A DNA stretch of 64,000 bases from Gekko japonicus. Lineage: Eukaryota. Location: assembly GCF_001447785.1 (NCBI RefSeq), contig NW_015169173.1:613696-677695 (forward strand). The letters run 5' to 3'. The position numbers and the translations under genes are program-made. Below are positions 47,347 through 58,945 of the stretch, one piece after another. Each line of letters begins with the position of its first letter. Within the stretch, counting starts at the first letter, position 1. Under the pieces are notes generated by a model. The model was not told where the DNA came from. It did not search any database and saw only the letters and a program-made list of their open reading frames with translations.

Positions 47347-48258
47347 TACTCACCAAAAAAAACCCCACAAAAGAATTCCTCTTTTCAATTAGCCCCCTAC
47401 CCCGATGTAGGTGAAATATTACAATATCAAAATGGTGTGTGTAAATTCAAATATTCCCACTGACTGTCCATTGAGAGCCCTGAGGACCAGAAGGGGGCCA
47501 TGGGTCATGATACTGGAAGCCAGTGAGAGTTACAGGATGAATATAATTGAAATACAAAACAAAGCCAATGCAGACTGTCTGCTCTGTTCTCAGAAGTGTC
47601 ATTTTAGTCTAAATCCTGGTGGTCAGCGCCATCTACATTATGCAGTCAGCAGTCTCACAACATCTGGATTAACTAACAGGTCAGTTTTGGCCTTGCTGGA
47701 CAAGGATGGCATTGCAATTCAGTCAGGTTGTGCTGGGGGTATACAGAGATAAGCTGCACTCACAGTGCTGCATCATAACGGCACTGGCATCGTTGGCAGA
47801 ACCATAATATCCATACAACACAACTGAGGCAAAGGGCAAAAATATAAGCCATTAGTTTGTGGTACAAAGAAATAAGGCTTAATCGAATTCCTCTTTTAAT
47901 TAGCCGTGGCCTCGATAGCCCAGGCAAGCCCAATCTTGTCAGATCTCAGAAGCTAAGCAGGGCCCACCCTGGCAAGTACTTGGATGGCAGCCCTCCAAGG
48001 AATACCAGGTCTGGGATGCAGAGACAGACAATAGCAAGCCACATCTTTGAAACATCCAAACCCCCTAGAGGTTGCCAGAATCAGCCATGACTTCCAGGCA
48101 CACACACATACATAGACACACACACTCACGCACAAACACACACACACTCACGCACAAAAAAAGAATTCCTCTTTTCATTTAGCCCCCTGCCCCGATGAAG
48201 GTGAAAAAGGGTGTGTGTAAATTCAGATATTCTCACTGACTGTCCATGGAGAGCCCTA
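46737..48258. repeat. ~750-bp tandem duplication (46737-47480 / 47487-48258), each copy with a 5S-SINE and a (CA)n tract
   Basis: CCATGGGTCATGATACTGGAAGCCAGTGAGAGTT at ~46749 and ~47498, collinear to GAGAGCCCT. Confidence 0.9.
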
Positions 48259-48366
48259 TATGATTACTCTTAACATCTCTGTTCCAACTTCTCTTATCTC
48301 TACAGGTTGACTTCACTAAATTGTCCAGCAACATCCATGACTGTCAACTTGATGACTTTCATTTGC

Positions 48367-49662
48367 TTATGAAATTATTTGTTGGAGAACTTTGTTGACA
48401 TTCCCAATTAGTGACACATTGTATCTCCAGAGTGTTGTGTCCTTAATGAGTGATTCTCGAGGAAGATCTACTTGTTGAGGAACCCGGCAATGATAGATAA
48501 GAGCAACATCCATCGGGACCTCAATGCTATTCCCATACATCTGGAGAACAGAGTGGACGGACGTCTGAACCACTTTATTTGGATCAATGATAATTTTCCG
48601 AGGATTGAAGACGTTTTTCCTGTCAGGTTCCCGAACAACGTGACTCAGTATATTAACTCCAGGAACTGTGCTCCAAGAGGAGATGTTGAACATGTCAGTG
48701 GGTGTAAATACAGTTTTGGGGAAGATGTGATTCTCAAAGAGGAAAGCACCAGCATCTGGATGTTGCTGTTGAAGGTTCTGCATCATGGTTTTCCAGTCTG
48801 CATATTTCCCTGGCAGAATAATTTCATCCATGTCATTCAGCAACACATATCTGCTCCTGTACATGTTGCGATAGACGCAGTCATTTAAGGCCGTAATTTG
48901 TCCATAGTAGCCAATGTCCTTGGGATCCATTGAGTGATGCCAGTGAAAAGAGACCTTGAGGTAGGAATCAATGGGCCAGGGGATTACCTCGACAGTCCCT
49001 TCTGCAATGTAGTAATCCAGCACTTTCTCCATCAGTGGGCTGCAGCTGTTCTTGTAGATCACCACTCGGGCCACCCCGAGGATTTTATACATCTCCATGC
49101 TCTGCACAAACTGCAGGACGTTGTTGTACTCTCCAAACATGGTTGAGATGCAGACTGTGAAGTCAACAAGGGAACCTTCAGGATCACGGTTTCTTATTTC
49201 AAAAAGTGGTAGCTGGTCAATATCTCCTTTAGGAGACCAATGTATTGACACGTAATGTGGTTCCCAGTCTTGTGGTTCCAGACATTTCACGTCTGTGGCA
49301 CCGTAAGGGAAGTCAAATCTATCAGAATGGACATCTATTTGAGCCTTGGAGATGTATATTTCACCATTGGATGAGTGGCAGAACCAGCAGTAAAGTTCCT
49401 TGACGTCTTTGTGGTGGACTATAGAAATCACTCGTGTCATATTGTTCTTTCTGTTGTCAAAGTATGGAGCAATGATAAAGGTTCTATTATCTTTTAAGGG
49501 TGTCATGGTGTTCGTGGCGGGAATCCCTCGGCAGAGGTTCTTCTTCACTCTAAGCGTGAAAGAGAATTTTCTATTCAGGAGGTAGGAATAGGTCATTATT
49601 GACATGAAGGTGGCAATGTAAACGATGGCAATCACATTTGGTTTTGTCCAAGAACAAGTCAT
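48367..49662 (-). CDS. GT92/DUF23 glycosyltransferase, beta-1,4-galactosyltransferase galt-1-like (gene B), 431 aa, single coding exon
   Basis: Intact ORF; TM anchor VIAIVYIATFMSIMTYSYLL; FTVCISTMFG, LNDCVYRNMY and LNDMDEII motifs; acceptor TACAG at 49711-49715. Confidence 0.93.
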   Translation of the reverse strand: MTCSWTKPNVIAIVYIATFMSIMTYSYLLNRKFSFTLRVKKNLCRGIPATNTMTPLKDNRTFIIAPYFDNRKNNMTRVISIVHHKDVKELYCWFCHSSNGEIYISKAQIDVHSDRFDFPYGATDVKCLEPQDWEPHYVSIHWSPKGDIDQLPLFEIRNRDPEGSLVDFTVCISTMFGEYNNVLQFVQSMEMYKILGVARVVIYKNSCSPLMEKVLDYYIAEGTVEVIPWPIDSYLKVSFHWHHSMDPKDIGYYGQITALNDCVYRNMYRSRYVLLNDMDEIILPGKYADWKTMMQNLQQQHPDAGAFLFENHIFPKTVFTPTDMFNISSWSTVPGVNILSHVVREPDRKNVFNPRKIIIDPNKVVQTSVHSVLQMYGNSIEVPMDVALIYHCRVPQQVDLPRESLIKDTTLWRYNVSLIGNVNKVLQQIIS

Positions 49663-49974
49663 TTCGGGCTTCTTTATAGGTGGTCAGTGAAAGGAGATCA
49701 GAGAGCTGCTCTGTAGATAGATGGAAAAACACAACACAGAGTCAGGGAAGAAACATTGGAGCTTATTCTTAACCCCAAGATATGCTTGGAGTACAGCTTT
49801 AGAGGAACAAATGGGGGGGGGGACATGACTTGAATATGGATTTCAGAAAAGATTGTATTGGATAATTAAGGAAGGGATGTGATATATAAAGGGGACAAAG
49901 GGAAGTGATATATAGTGTGTAAGGAAAGGGGACAGAGAATGAAATAGTATTGTGGGATGCTAATGGGGAAATGG

Positions 49975-50204
49975 GGAACTGCCAACCTAGCCGTTCGAAA
50001 GCAAGAAATTGCAAGTAGATAAATAGGTACCACTTCGGTGGGAAGGTAACAGCGTTCCGTGCGCCTTGGTGATTAGTCATGCCGGCCACATGACCACGGA
50101 AACGTCTTCGGACAGCGCTGGCTCTTCGGCTTTGAAACGGAGATGAGCGCCACAACCCTAGAGTTGGACTCGACTGGCATTCGAGCAAGGGAACCTTTAC
50201 CTTT
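49975..50204 (+). mobile_element. Sauria SINE, 5'-truncated
   Basis: ACCTTTACCTTT tail; TSD TAATGGGGAAA at 49961 and 50205. Confidence 0.85.
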
Positions 50205-52711
50205 TAATGGGGAAAAGGCCACATCACAGCACTCCAACTGGCATCACGTCAATATACATAGAGAGAGTCATAGCCCCACAAAAGTCTGGTGGGATTGCCA
50301 GTATTTTTGATGTCTCCTGCTTTTGTGATTTTAACAGCACAAACATTACCAGATGAAAAGGTTTATGTCTATGCTATGGAAATCTTTGGCTGCTGATCTC
50401 TGCAGACAAGGCCAGTATTCAAAGCTCAGGAGTAGTAAACTCGGTTTCTTTTTCTGGTAGATTGGCAAGTTTATCTGCTCTTCAGGGTGATATAATTTTG
50501 GAAGCATTTGTAATATTCAGCACCTGCCCTGTGTAAGACTCAAGGGCAGCAAACGGCTTGAGCTTTCTTAACACTGTAGCTGTTCCACTATAAGAATGCC
50601 GCACTGAATAACGCCCCCAAAGAGCTTGTCATTCTAAGCTTTTTTCTCCAAGTGATAGGTATCTGCTGTTTCTGCACAATGTTGAGGTTTGCATATAAAA
50701 CAACCTTTCTTTTTTTACTATAGTGTTGATCATTCCAACTAAAATGCTGATTTCCTGCTGTTGTCTGGCCAGTATATACTTGGGCTTCTTAGAACATTGC
50801 AGCTTTCAGCTCGTGCTCTAACACAAGATCTGTTTTATTCTTTAACTAAATTGTTCTTTAACTAAAATCTAAATATGTACCAAACAGTTCAAGTGTAGGT
50901 GACAAGTTATGCATAAGGCATTTCACATTCTCAGGACAATTTTTGTTGTTGTTCAGTTGCACTATAAGCTTAAATTTTATATGGAAGGAAGTATTGCATA
51001 TACGTCAATGTTTTCTTAAATGTCAAAGTATTTGAACAGAAAAACCACTGCTATTTTCTATATACCGCTTCAGATTTTCCAGAAATTTGCCTCTGTACTT
51101 TGGAGTGCTTTTTCATTCTCCATAGCCAGTTCTCACCATCCTGAGATGAAGGACAAAAACTGAATAAGAAGAGGAGCTGAACTCACAGCACTTCTGACTT
51201 GATCACAGTGACTTTTAAAACCCTAGAGAAGTAACTTTATATTTATTTTATTTTATTTCTCCACACAGTTGTACATTACATGCAAGGCTTTATAGCACAG
51301 AAACTTATACCCGAGCTATTTGCAGTACTGAATAAATGTTGCACTAAACTCTCTTCATCTATACATATGTCAGTGCTGTCAAGTTACAGCTGACTTATGG
51401 CGATCCCTGCAAGGGGCTTTCAAGGCGAATGAGAAGCAGACGTGGTTTGCTATTGGCTTCCTCTGTAGAGTTTTCCTTGGTGGTCTCCCATCCAAGTATC
51501 AATCCTGCTTAGCTTCTGAGATATTACGAGACTGGGATATACCATGACACCTTTCCTCCCTCTTCATCTATAACACCCCTAAAATAAAATTTTAGGAGAG
51601 CTTAGTTTAAATTGTACGGGTCTTTAAAGAAATATAACATTATCAGATTTGGAGATGTGATTCACAAATTTCAGATAAAAAACACTCTCTCCATATATAT
51701 ATATCCTAAAAGATATATATCCTAAAATTAATTTTGAAGAGCCCCTAGTTTAAACTGACTGTGGGGTTGACACTCTCAAACATAAGGAAAAGTATAACAT
51801 TACCAAACTTGTATGTGAGATTCACAACAGTACTGTATTTATCATGGAGATTTTGGCATTTTTAAATTAGGCATTTGGTCTTTTCATTTCTGGGACTGCA
51901 AGAGGAACATGCAAAAGTCACCTGCTTGTGTGTATTTGATGTTGCATGTTTCAAGAAGGAGAGGGGCTTTCTCTTCTGCCCAGTCAATGGTCGCGATCAC
52001 GCGCACAATTAGCCATGCCATAGGCGCAAATGCTGGGTGGATTTAAAAGGCGTGATCAGACGCAAACATCTGGGAAGCACCCCGCAACCATCAGCAACCT
52101 GTTTTGCTCTGCCGCAGAAGTGGAGTAAAAAGACACTAGGGAAAGTCCGATAGCAAATGGGTTGCTATGGGCCACGGATGGACTTTCCCCTGTGTGATCG
52201 CTCCAGCGTGCTCCCATATCATCGGGATGGTCTGATCAGGCCATCCCAACTCTGTGCCATTGTCCCCCCCCCCCGTCTCAGTATGTGCATCATCGCACAC
52301 TGCATAGGGAGCGATGCAAATTATCGATCCCTCATTGAAGGACAATGGAAACCCACGGCAAACCCCCCCCCCCCCCGATTCACTCACGGTTGCATCTGAT
52401 CACGCAGTGGTGGGCTGCCCCCACAGCTTCCAAGGACTGTGTGATCGCGCAACAGTGGGTCGAATTCCTATGGAGTAAATAGTCTAATCCCCCCCCCGCG
52501 TTATCTCACCCGTGTGAACACCACCAATATGTCTAAATGATGACAACAGAATACAGCTATGAAAGTCAATGGGAAAAAGATCTCGATTTTGCTTCCTCAG
52601 ATAGGATCTGGAAACAAAATACACGGTGCAGTTAAGGCTTCCTCACTCTGTAAATAAGACTGTGTATAAGGTTCTCTGTAAATGGTACCATGCTTCAGAA
52701 AAGTTAATCAT

Positions 52712-53155
52712 GGCCCCAGTCACACGGGAGGTTTTGGCCCGGAAGAAGGACGGATCGGGGGCACAGCAAATGGGCGCAATCACACCGCAACATCTGGGAA
52801 GCGGCGCGCACCCATCCCCAATCCGTCCCTTCAGGCTAAAAACATGCAGTAAAAAACCCCCAAGGAAATGGTAGGACCAACCTGAAATGCCACAGCAAGC
52901 GTGGCCGTGGGATCACCGGCACACCCGTCTTCAGGAGCGTTCGAGGCTCCCAGCTGAACTGCACATGCACACACATGCACAGCCGGCTGCCTTGGTCTCC
53001 CTTCCGTGGCTCCCCCTCCCGGCATCTGATCGTGCCGGGGAGCAACTGCGCGGCGGCTCAGGGGATCTGTCTGATCCCGCCGCCACGTTCTCTTTTGGTG
53101 CGGCTCTAAAAAGCCGCACTTTGGCCAAGTCAATTTCCCCCATGTAACCGGGGCC
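52712..53155. mobile_element. PIF/Harbinger-type MITE
   Basis: GGCCCCAGTCACACGGG / CCCATGTAACCGGGGCC; 3-bp TSD CAT; related fragment at ~51980-52520. Confidence 0.75.
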
Positions 53156-54520
53156 CATGATGTTCAATACAATCCATTTCAATTAGCTGCTCTTTGTGCA
53201 TTCTTATTCATTGAATTATTTAAAACATTTATTAGCTGCCTTTCTCCCTTGTGGAAATCAAGGTGGCTTATAGTATAAATAAAATCGTATTAGAGCACAC
53301 AGCCGCAATAAAAATAAGAATTATAGAAACCCACTGACCATCCACAATTTTAAAATTCCAATTAGGACTGCCAATAAAACCAAAATCAGCCAAATGCAGT
53401 CCTAAATTTAAACAAAACTGCCTTCTCCTGCCTCCTGAAGATTGACAACAAGGGGGCCAGTCCGCTTACAACACTGGTGGAGTTGACATTGTATGCAACA
53501 TTATCGTGCTCAAGTTGCATTCATGGTTTCTAACATTCACAAATATAACTCTTGGGCCTAATCCATTGCTTCTTTACTGTACTTTGCTCAAATTAAATGT
53601 CAGTTTTCTGTACAACTGGCAATCTTATTCCTTTTAGTTGCTGCTGAAATCATGACTCTGGAAACAAAAACAAAAAAATTACAACCCCTGTAATTCATGA
53701 ATGGCTTCTCTATGTTTCAGACCTAGCAGAAATAGGCAATCTTGTGGACAAGATTCTTTTTGGAATGAGATATTTCATTCTTCCACTCAGGTCGGTAGGA
53801 AGCGGGTCCCATTTACTGGTTACTGGAATCATCAACTAGGATCCAAAGGAACGTCTTCTTCTTGTCCTCTAAGAACGTGTACTTTGTTGCTATATTGCAT
53901 TATATTACAACTAAGTTTTATACAACAGTTTTGTTAAAAACACACACACACTACGTTCGCACGGTTGTTCATCATACTGAAAGCTTTTCAGACATTTCTA
54001 GAACTACAGATTTGATATATGCTTCATACTAACCTGATGATGAGGCTCCACTGGCTTCTTTTAGCAGTTATCCTTCCAGTGTACATTCAGGGGAAAAAGA
54101 AGCAATAAAAATAACGAATGTTAGACGTGTATAAAGACAATAGATCTGTTAGTCTTCAAGTGGTACCATGACATTCTTTGTTTCCATAGAGTGAACCCCT
54201 CTGGAATGAAGGGTAGACAACCTTCTAATAGCCAAAAAGTTATCACTTTACATTTAAGCTTCTTCTTCTTCTTGCCGTTAAGTCACAGCCGATGTATGGG
54301 GACCCCATAGGGTTTTCAAAGCAAGATACATTCAGAGATGGTTTGCCATTGCCTGCTTCTGCATAGCAATCCTTGTGTTCTTTGTTGGTCTCCTATCCAA
54401 ATACTAACCAGGGCTGACCCTGTTTAGACTTCCAAAATCTAATGAGATCAGGCTAGTCTGGGCTATCTGCCTGAAGGCGTATTTAAGCTACTGGCAATTA
54501 TATTGGTTGAATTCATCACA

Positions 54521-54640
54521 ACTCACCTTGTCTGCAGAAACCAAGCCTCCTATTTTATAGCAGGAAACAGCAAAGCCTTGAGCCTCCACTGCAGAGAACA
54601 AGTGTTGTGGGATTTTTTTTTGGCATAATGGCCTACTGCA
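54521..54640 (-). other. Candidate non-coding first exon and splice donor of GT92 gene B (intron ~4.8 kb)
   Basis: CAAG|GTGAGT at 54527/54526; adjacent ~1 kb of intron (53480-54530) is homologous to 32070-33090. Confidence 0.5.
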
Positions 54641-55480
54641 AATAAGCGCTTACAAGGTGACAATGGAAACTGGATCACCCTTCAGCCATAATGTGCTGAA
54701 CGTACATATGGCCTTCAATATTATCTTTATAGATTTTGCAGTATTTGAAACAACCATTATAAAAAACATGTACAAAGATTTGGTGGGACTCTTGGTGTCA
54801 ACAGTTAGACAATGAGTGATTGTAATATGCCCTTTTCTAAAACATGTTTGCTCAGGGTGGATAATGTGTTAGCTTCCCAATCCTCCAGCTTGCATAGAAG
54901 ACTCTTACTATATATAGTTTGGAGCAGGGGTCGTTTCATAGAAAAACAGCTAGGGGAACTCATTAGCATAACTCATTAGCATATGCCACACACCCTAACA
55001 TCACCAGAAGTGTGTCATAAGGCCACACCCCCTGACATCACCGGAAGTGTGTCATAAGGCCACACCCACCACTCAGTTAGTCTTAGTCTTAAAGGTTAGT
55101 CTTAAAGGTGCTATTTTTTAGTCTTAAAGGTGCTATTTGAACTCCTGGACTATTTTGCAGCAACAGACTAACACAGCTAATTCCTCTGAATCTAAACCCA
55201 CCACTCAGGCTCCACCCCCAAAATCTCCAAGGTATTGCCAACTCAGAGCTGGCGAGCCTATCTGATGGCACATGTGGGGGAAAACAAGCAAACCACCCAT
55301 GTCAGGTAAAAAGGATAGAAGTTCAACACAATTTTATCTATTTTCAGTAACTGGTTTGTTGAGAGAAAAGCAACAACAAGCACATCAGTGAAGACCTAGT
55401 ACCAGAGTGCCAAAAAGGAAAGCTGTTTGGTAATAGATGAAGTACAAAATATGTAGCTATTCACATTCCAGTTACCAGGA

Positions 55481-55685
55481 GTGTTCCCTCTAAGCTGAGT
55501 TAGTGTGAGCTAGCTCACAGCTTTTAAGCCTCTGGCTCACATATTTTTCTCTTCACTCAGGAAGGAGGGCTCCAGAGGCAAACTAACTGATGCAGTAGCC
55601 AAATCACTCGCTCACAGCTTTAATGCCAGTGGCTCACAAAGTAGAAATTTTGCTCACAAGACTCCACAGCTTAGAGGGAACATTG
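55481..55685. mobile_element. hAT MITE (CAGTGTTCCCTCTAAG family)
   Basis: GTGTTCCCTCTAAGCTG ... CAGCTTAGAGGGAACATTG. Confidence 0.75.
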
Positions 55686-57489
55686 GTAGGCAATTCCAGA
55701 GAGAAAAAACAGCTATAAACCAAGACCAGCTATAAACCAAAACAGCTATAAACCAAGCATGGGGGCAGATGACCACATTGCTACGGAAAATACACAGAAA
55801 ATCCAGGCACTATACTTTGTTTTCACTCTCTCCCCCCAACAATTCTGGCGGCCGCCCTGGTTTCAGCTCTCGCNNNNNNNNNNNNNNNNNNNNNNNNNNN
55901 NNNNNNNNNNNNNNNNNNNNNNNNNNNNNNNNNNNNNNNNNNNNNNNNNNNNNNNNNNNNNNNNNNNNNNNNNNNNNNNNNNNNNNNNNNNNNNNNNNNN
56001 NNNNNNNNNNNNNNNNNNNNNNNNNNNNNNNNNNNNNNNNNNNNNNNNNNNNNNNNNNNGGCCCCAGGCAGGCAGGGGTGGGGAGAGGCGGGAAGGAAGC
56101 AACTTACCCTCCCTCTTCTCCTGCCTCCTCCTGGCTGAATGAGGGCCGGAAGCGGGGTGGCCGGAAGCAGGGGGCAGGGCTTCATCATGTGCCACGCCCC
56201 CGCACCTCACCCGGGGAAACGGCGATCCCCCGTGATCCCCCCTGAATCGACCTCTGGTTTGGAAGCTATATCCAACAAACTGATTCAATAGTAATGATGA
56301 TGAGCCAATTTACTTTCCCTTTTAAGTACTAAAACTAGAATACCCAGTTTCCACCCTGAGGTTGACCCGAGTAAACAGCTTGGCTTGCTGGATCCTCCAT
56401 TCATAAACTCCAGGGCCGGTCACCCAAATAGGCAGTCTCCTAATTAATTGGGGAAAATACCTTTAATGGAGTCAGAGCAAGAGGCAGGTAACTGGGATCT
56501 TCATCAATGTTTATAGGGATTTTTTTTCTTAGAGAACTAAATAAATAAACTCTTGAAGTAACCAGTCAAGTGTTCAACTGAAATGTGTTTTTTAGGGATA
56601 AAGGTAAAACACACACATATAAACCACAAACTAGCTAAGAGGAAATCAGGAAGGAGAGGGAGAAAGTGATTTTGGGGATGGTGATAATTACCAATCTTGG
56701 AGAGCAAGGTCCACGGAGGCAGCTGAGACATGACCAGCTTTTCATGGAGCAAAGAAGAGAGGGAAGCCCACACACAAGTGGCGGTGTTAGATATGGCACC
56801 AAGATCACACACACACTGCTATGGTGCATGGTGCTGGCAGTTGTAGGAAAAATGTTCCCTGGGGCTGTCTGATGTGTTTTGGAAACCTTGATGAGTTTTC
56901 CAGGGGTTAACCTATAGGTGTTAATGTTTCTTGATGACCCTCTGAGCATCAGACAGGAAAACTACCAGGTTTTGGTGAATAGTGTTACGAGTTACATAAT
57001 GAGGGTAAATGGATAAGGGGGAAGTAAGGATGGGCATGTGATGGGATTAGTCCAAGGTGAGGCAACCTACCTTGGGAGACCTATTGTTCCTAAATGATGC
57101 ATCTCCTCATGGTTTGGAGAGAGTTATTAGTCTGTCAGCCACTTCTGACTCAGCTCCAAAAATATTTTGTCCAGGCTTGTCTCTGCCTGGCATCCATTTT
57201 GTGTCATTTTTGGTCAGGCAGTGTACATTTATTATTTTTGAGGAGATATTATATGAAGGGTATTTATGTCCTTTTCTCTCTAACTGCTAAATTGCCCCTC
57301 TGCGGGAGGAGGGGTCTGACTGTTAACAAGCCATGTAAATCAGAAACCTAATTTACTTATTTATGGGCTTTTAAAAAGGGATCCCCCTTGTAAGCCTCCC
57401 TAGCACACCATTTTCTGGATAAAAAATGGTCCTGCGGACTGGTGAGTGGTGACTTTTACCTCCTATTTGCCCTACTGGAAGAGGGCATA

Positions 57490-57775
57490 CAAGTGGGCTT
57501 TCCTTTGAAGGTTTTTAAGCAGAAGCTAGATAGCCATCTGAAAGCAATGTTGATTCCATGACACACTATGAATGTACACAGATCATGAGAGGAGGGCAGG
57601 AAGAGATGAGCTAGTGCTTGGCTCTTGTGACCCTTTCTTATATGCCCTGGGTAATGCCTATCACCACTTTGGGGTCACGGAGGATTTTTCCCCCTCCAGG
57701 CCAGATTGGCCCAGGGATCCTGGAGGTTTCTTGCCTACTCTGGACATAGAGTAGAAGTCACTGGGGGAGTGGAGG
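57490..57775 (+). mobile_element. CR1 LINE 3' fragment
   Basis: GAAGGTTTTTAAGCAGAAGCTAGATAGCCATCTG (end of ORF2) plus UTR. Confidence 0.55.
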
Positions 57776-57849
57776 GAGGAGGTCCAAAACATTATATCAC
57801 TGAATCTGAGGGAATTGTTTTTAAATAAAATTTAATATCATCAAAATAA

Positions 57850-58945
57850 ATTTTAGATGTGATTAGAAATAAGTTGTCAGGAACCGACAGTTATCCCACA
57901 GAATATTATTAAACATTATTAAACATTTCAACACATTCTGGCGTCATACCCAAGTCATGGACATCGACAAAGCTTATTGTATTACCTAAATCAAGCAGAG
58001 ACAAATCTCATCCAAAATCTTATCGTTCAATATCATTACAACTGTGACTATAAAATCTTTGCGGCTGTACTCACATCAAGGCTTAGTCACATTATACCAT
58101 CCTATATTCATAGGTATCAGACAGGATTCATCCCGAATAGGGATCTGACAGACAACGTGCACAAAACAGTTGACATCATACACTGTTGTAAACTCCATAA
58201 AATTAAGCCTTCCTTTATCTTGTCATTAGGCATAGAGAAAGTTTTCGATAGCCTGGAATTTAGCTACCTTACAAATCTATTAGACAGAATGTGTTTTGAA
58301 ACCATCTTCCAAAGAGCTATTCAGACAATCTATTCATCGCCAGCTGCTTCACTACACATCAATGATCATATCACAAATTATATCACAAATTCATTTGATA
58401 ACAGGTCATTATATCCCTAAAGACCCAGCCTTAATTCTTTTGAACTTCTGGCCAAGAATCAGAATTCCTCAAAATACCAAAGACCTCATTTCCACCCTTT
58501 GGCAGCAGCAAAACATGTGCTTGCTTCATATTGGAAACTACAGAATATCCCCTCGATGCATCAGTGGTTATGGGAATATTTTTTACTAGACAAGACCTCA
58601 GACTGGATTGTGCAGCAAGACAGACAGGTTACCGCTACTAGTATTATGGCCAAATGGTCATTATGGCTAGATGCTTTTGCTGACCCAGAAGGAACTTTAC
58701 AGAAATCACCTTTAATTGGTTCACACACCATATATCTTTACCATTAAGTAGTTGGAGAATCTTTAAAACCGACTTGAACTCCATTTATTTTTATTCTTAT
58801 GTTTAATTATTTAAATAATAAGCTCAAAATTAGCAGATAACTTGTAATGGCAATCCTTGATTCACCAGGAACTTAATGATCATTTTCATTCATGCGTTAC
58901 TAAGTACTGCATTGTATTTTATTTCAATCTTCAATAAACAGTTAA
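57850..58945 (+). mobile_element. L1/Tx1-type LINE fragment with internal deletion
   Basis: CDYKIFAAVLTSRL...YQTGFIPNR...IEKVFDSLEFSYL (RT N-terminal part), then C-terminal AAKHVLASYWK and AATAAA. Confidence 0.75.
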
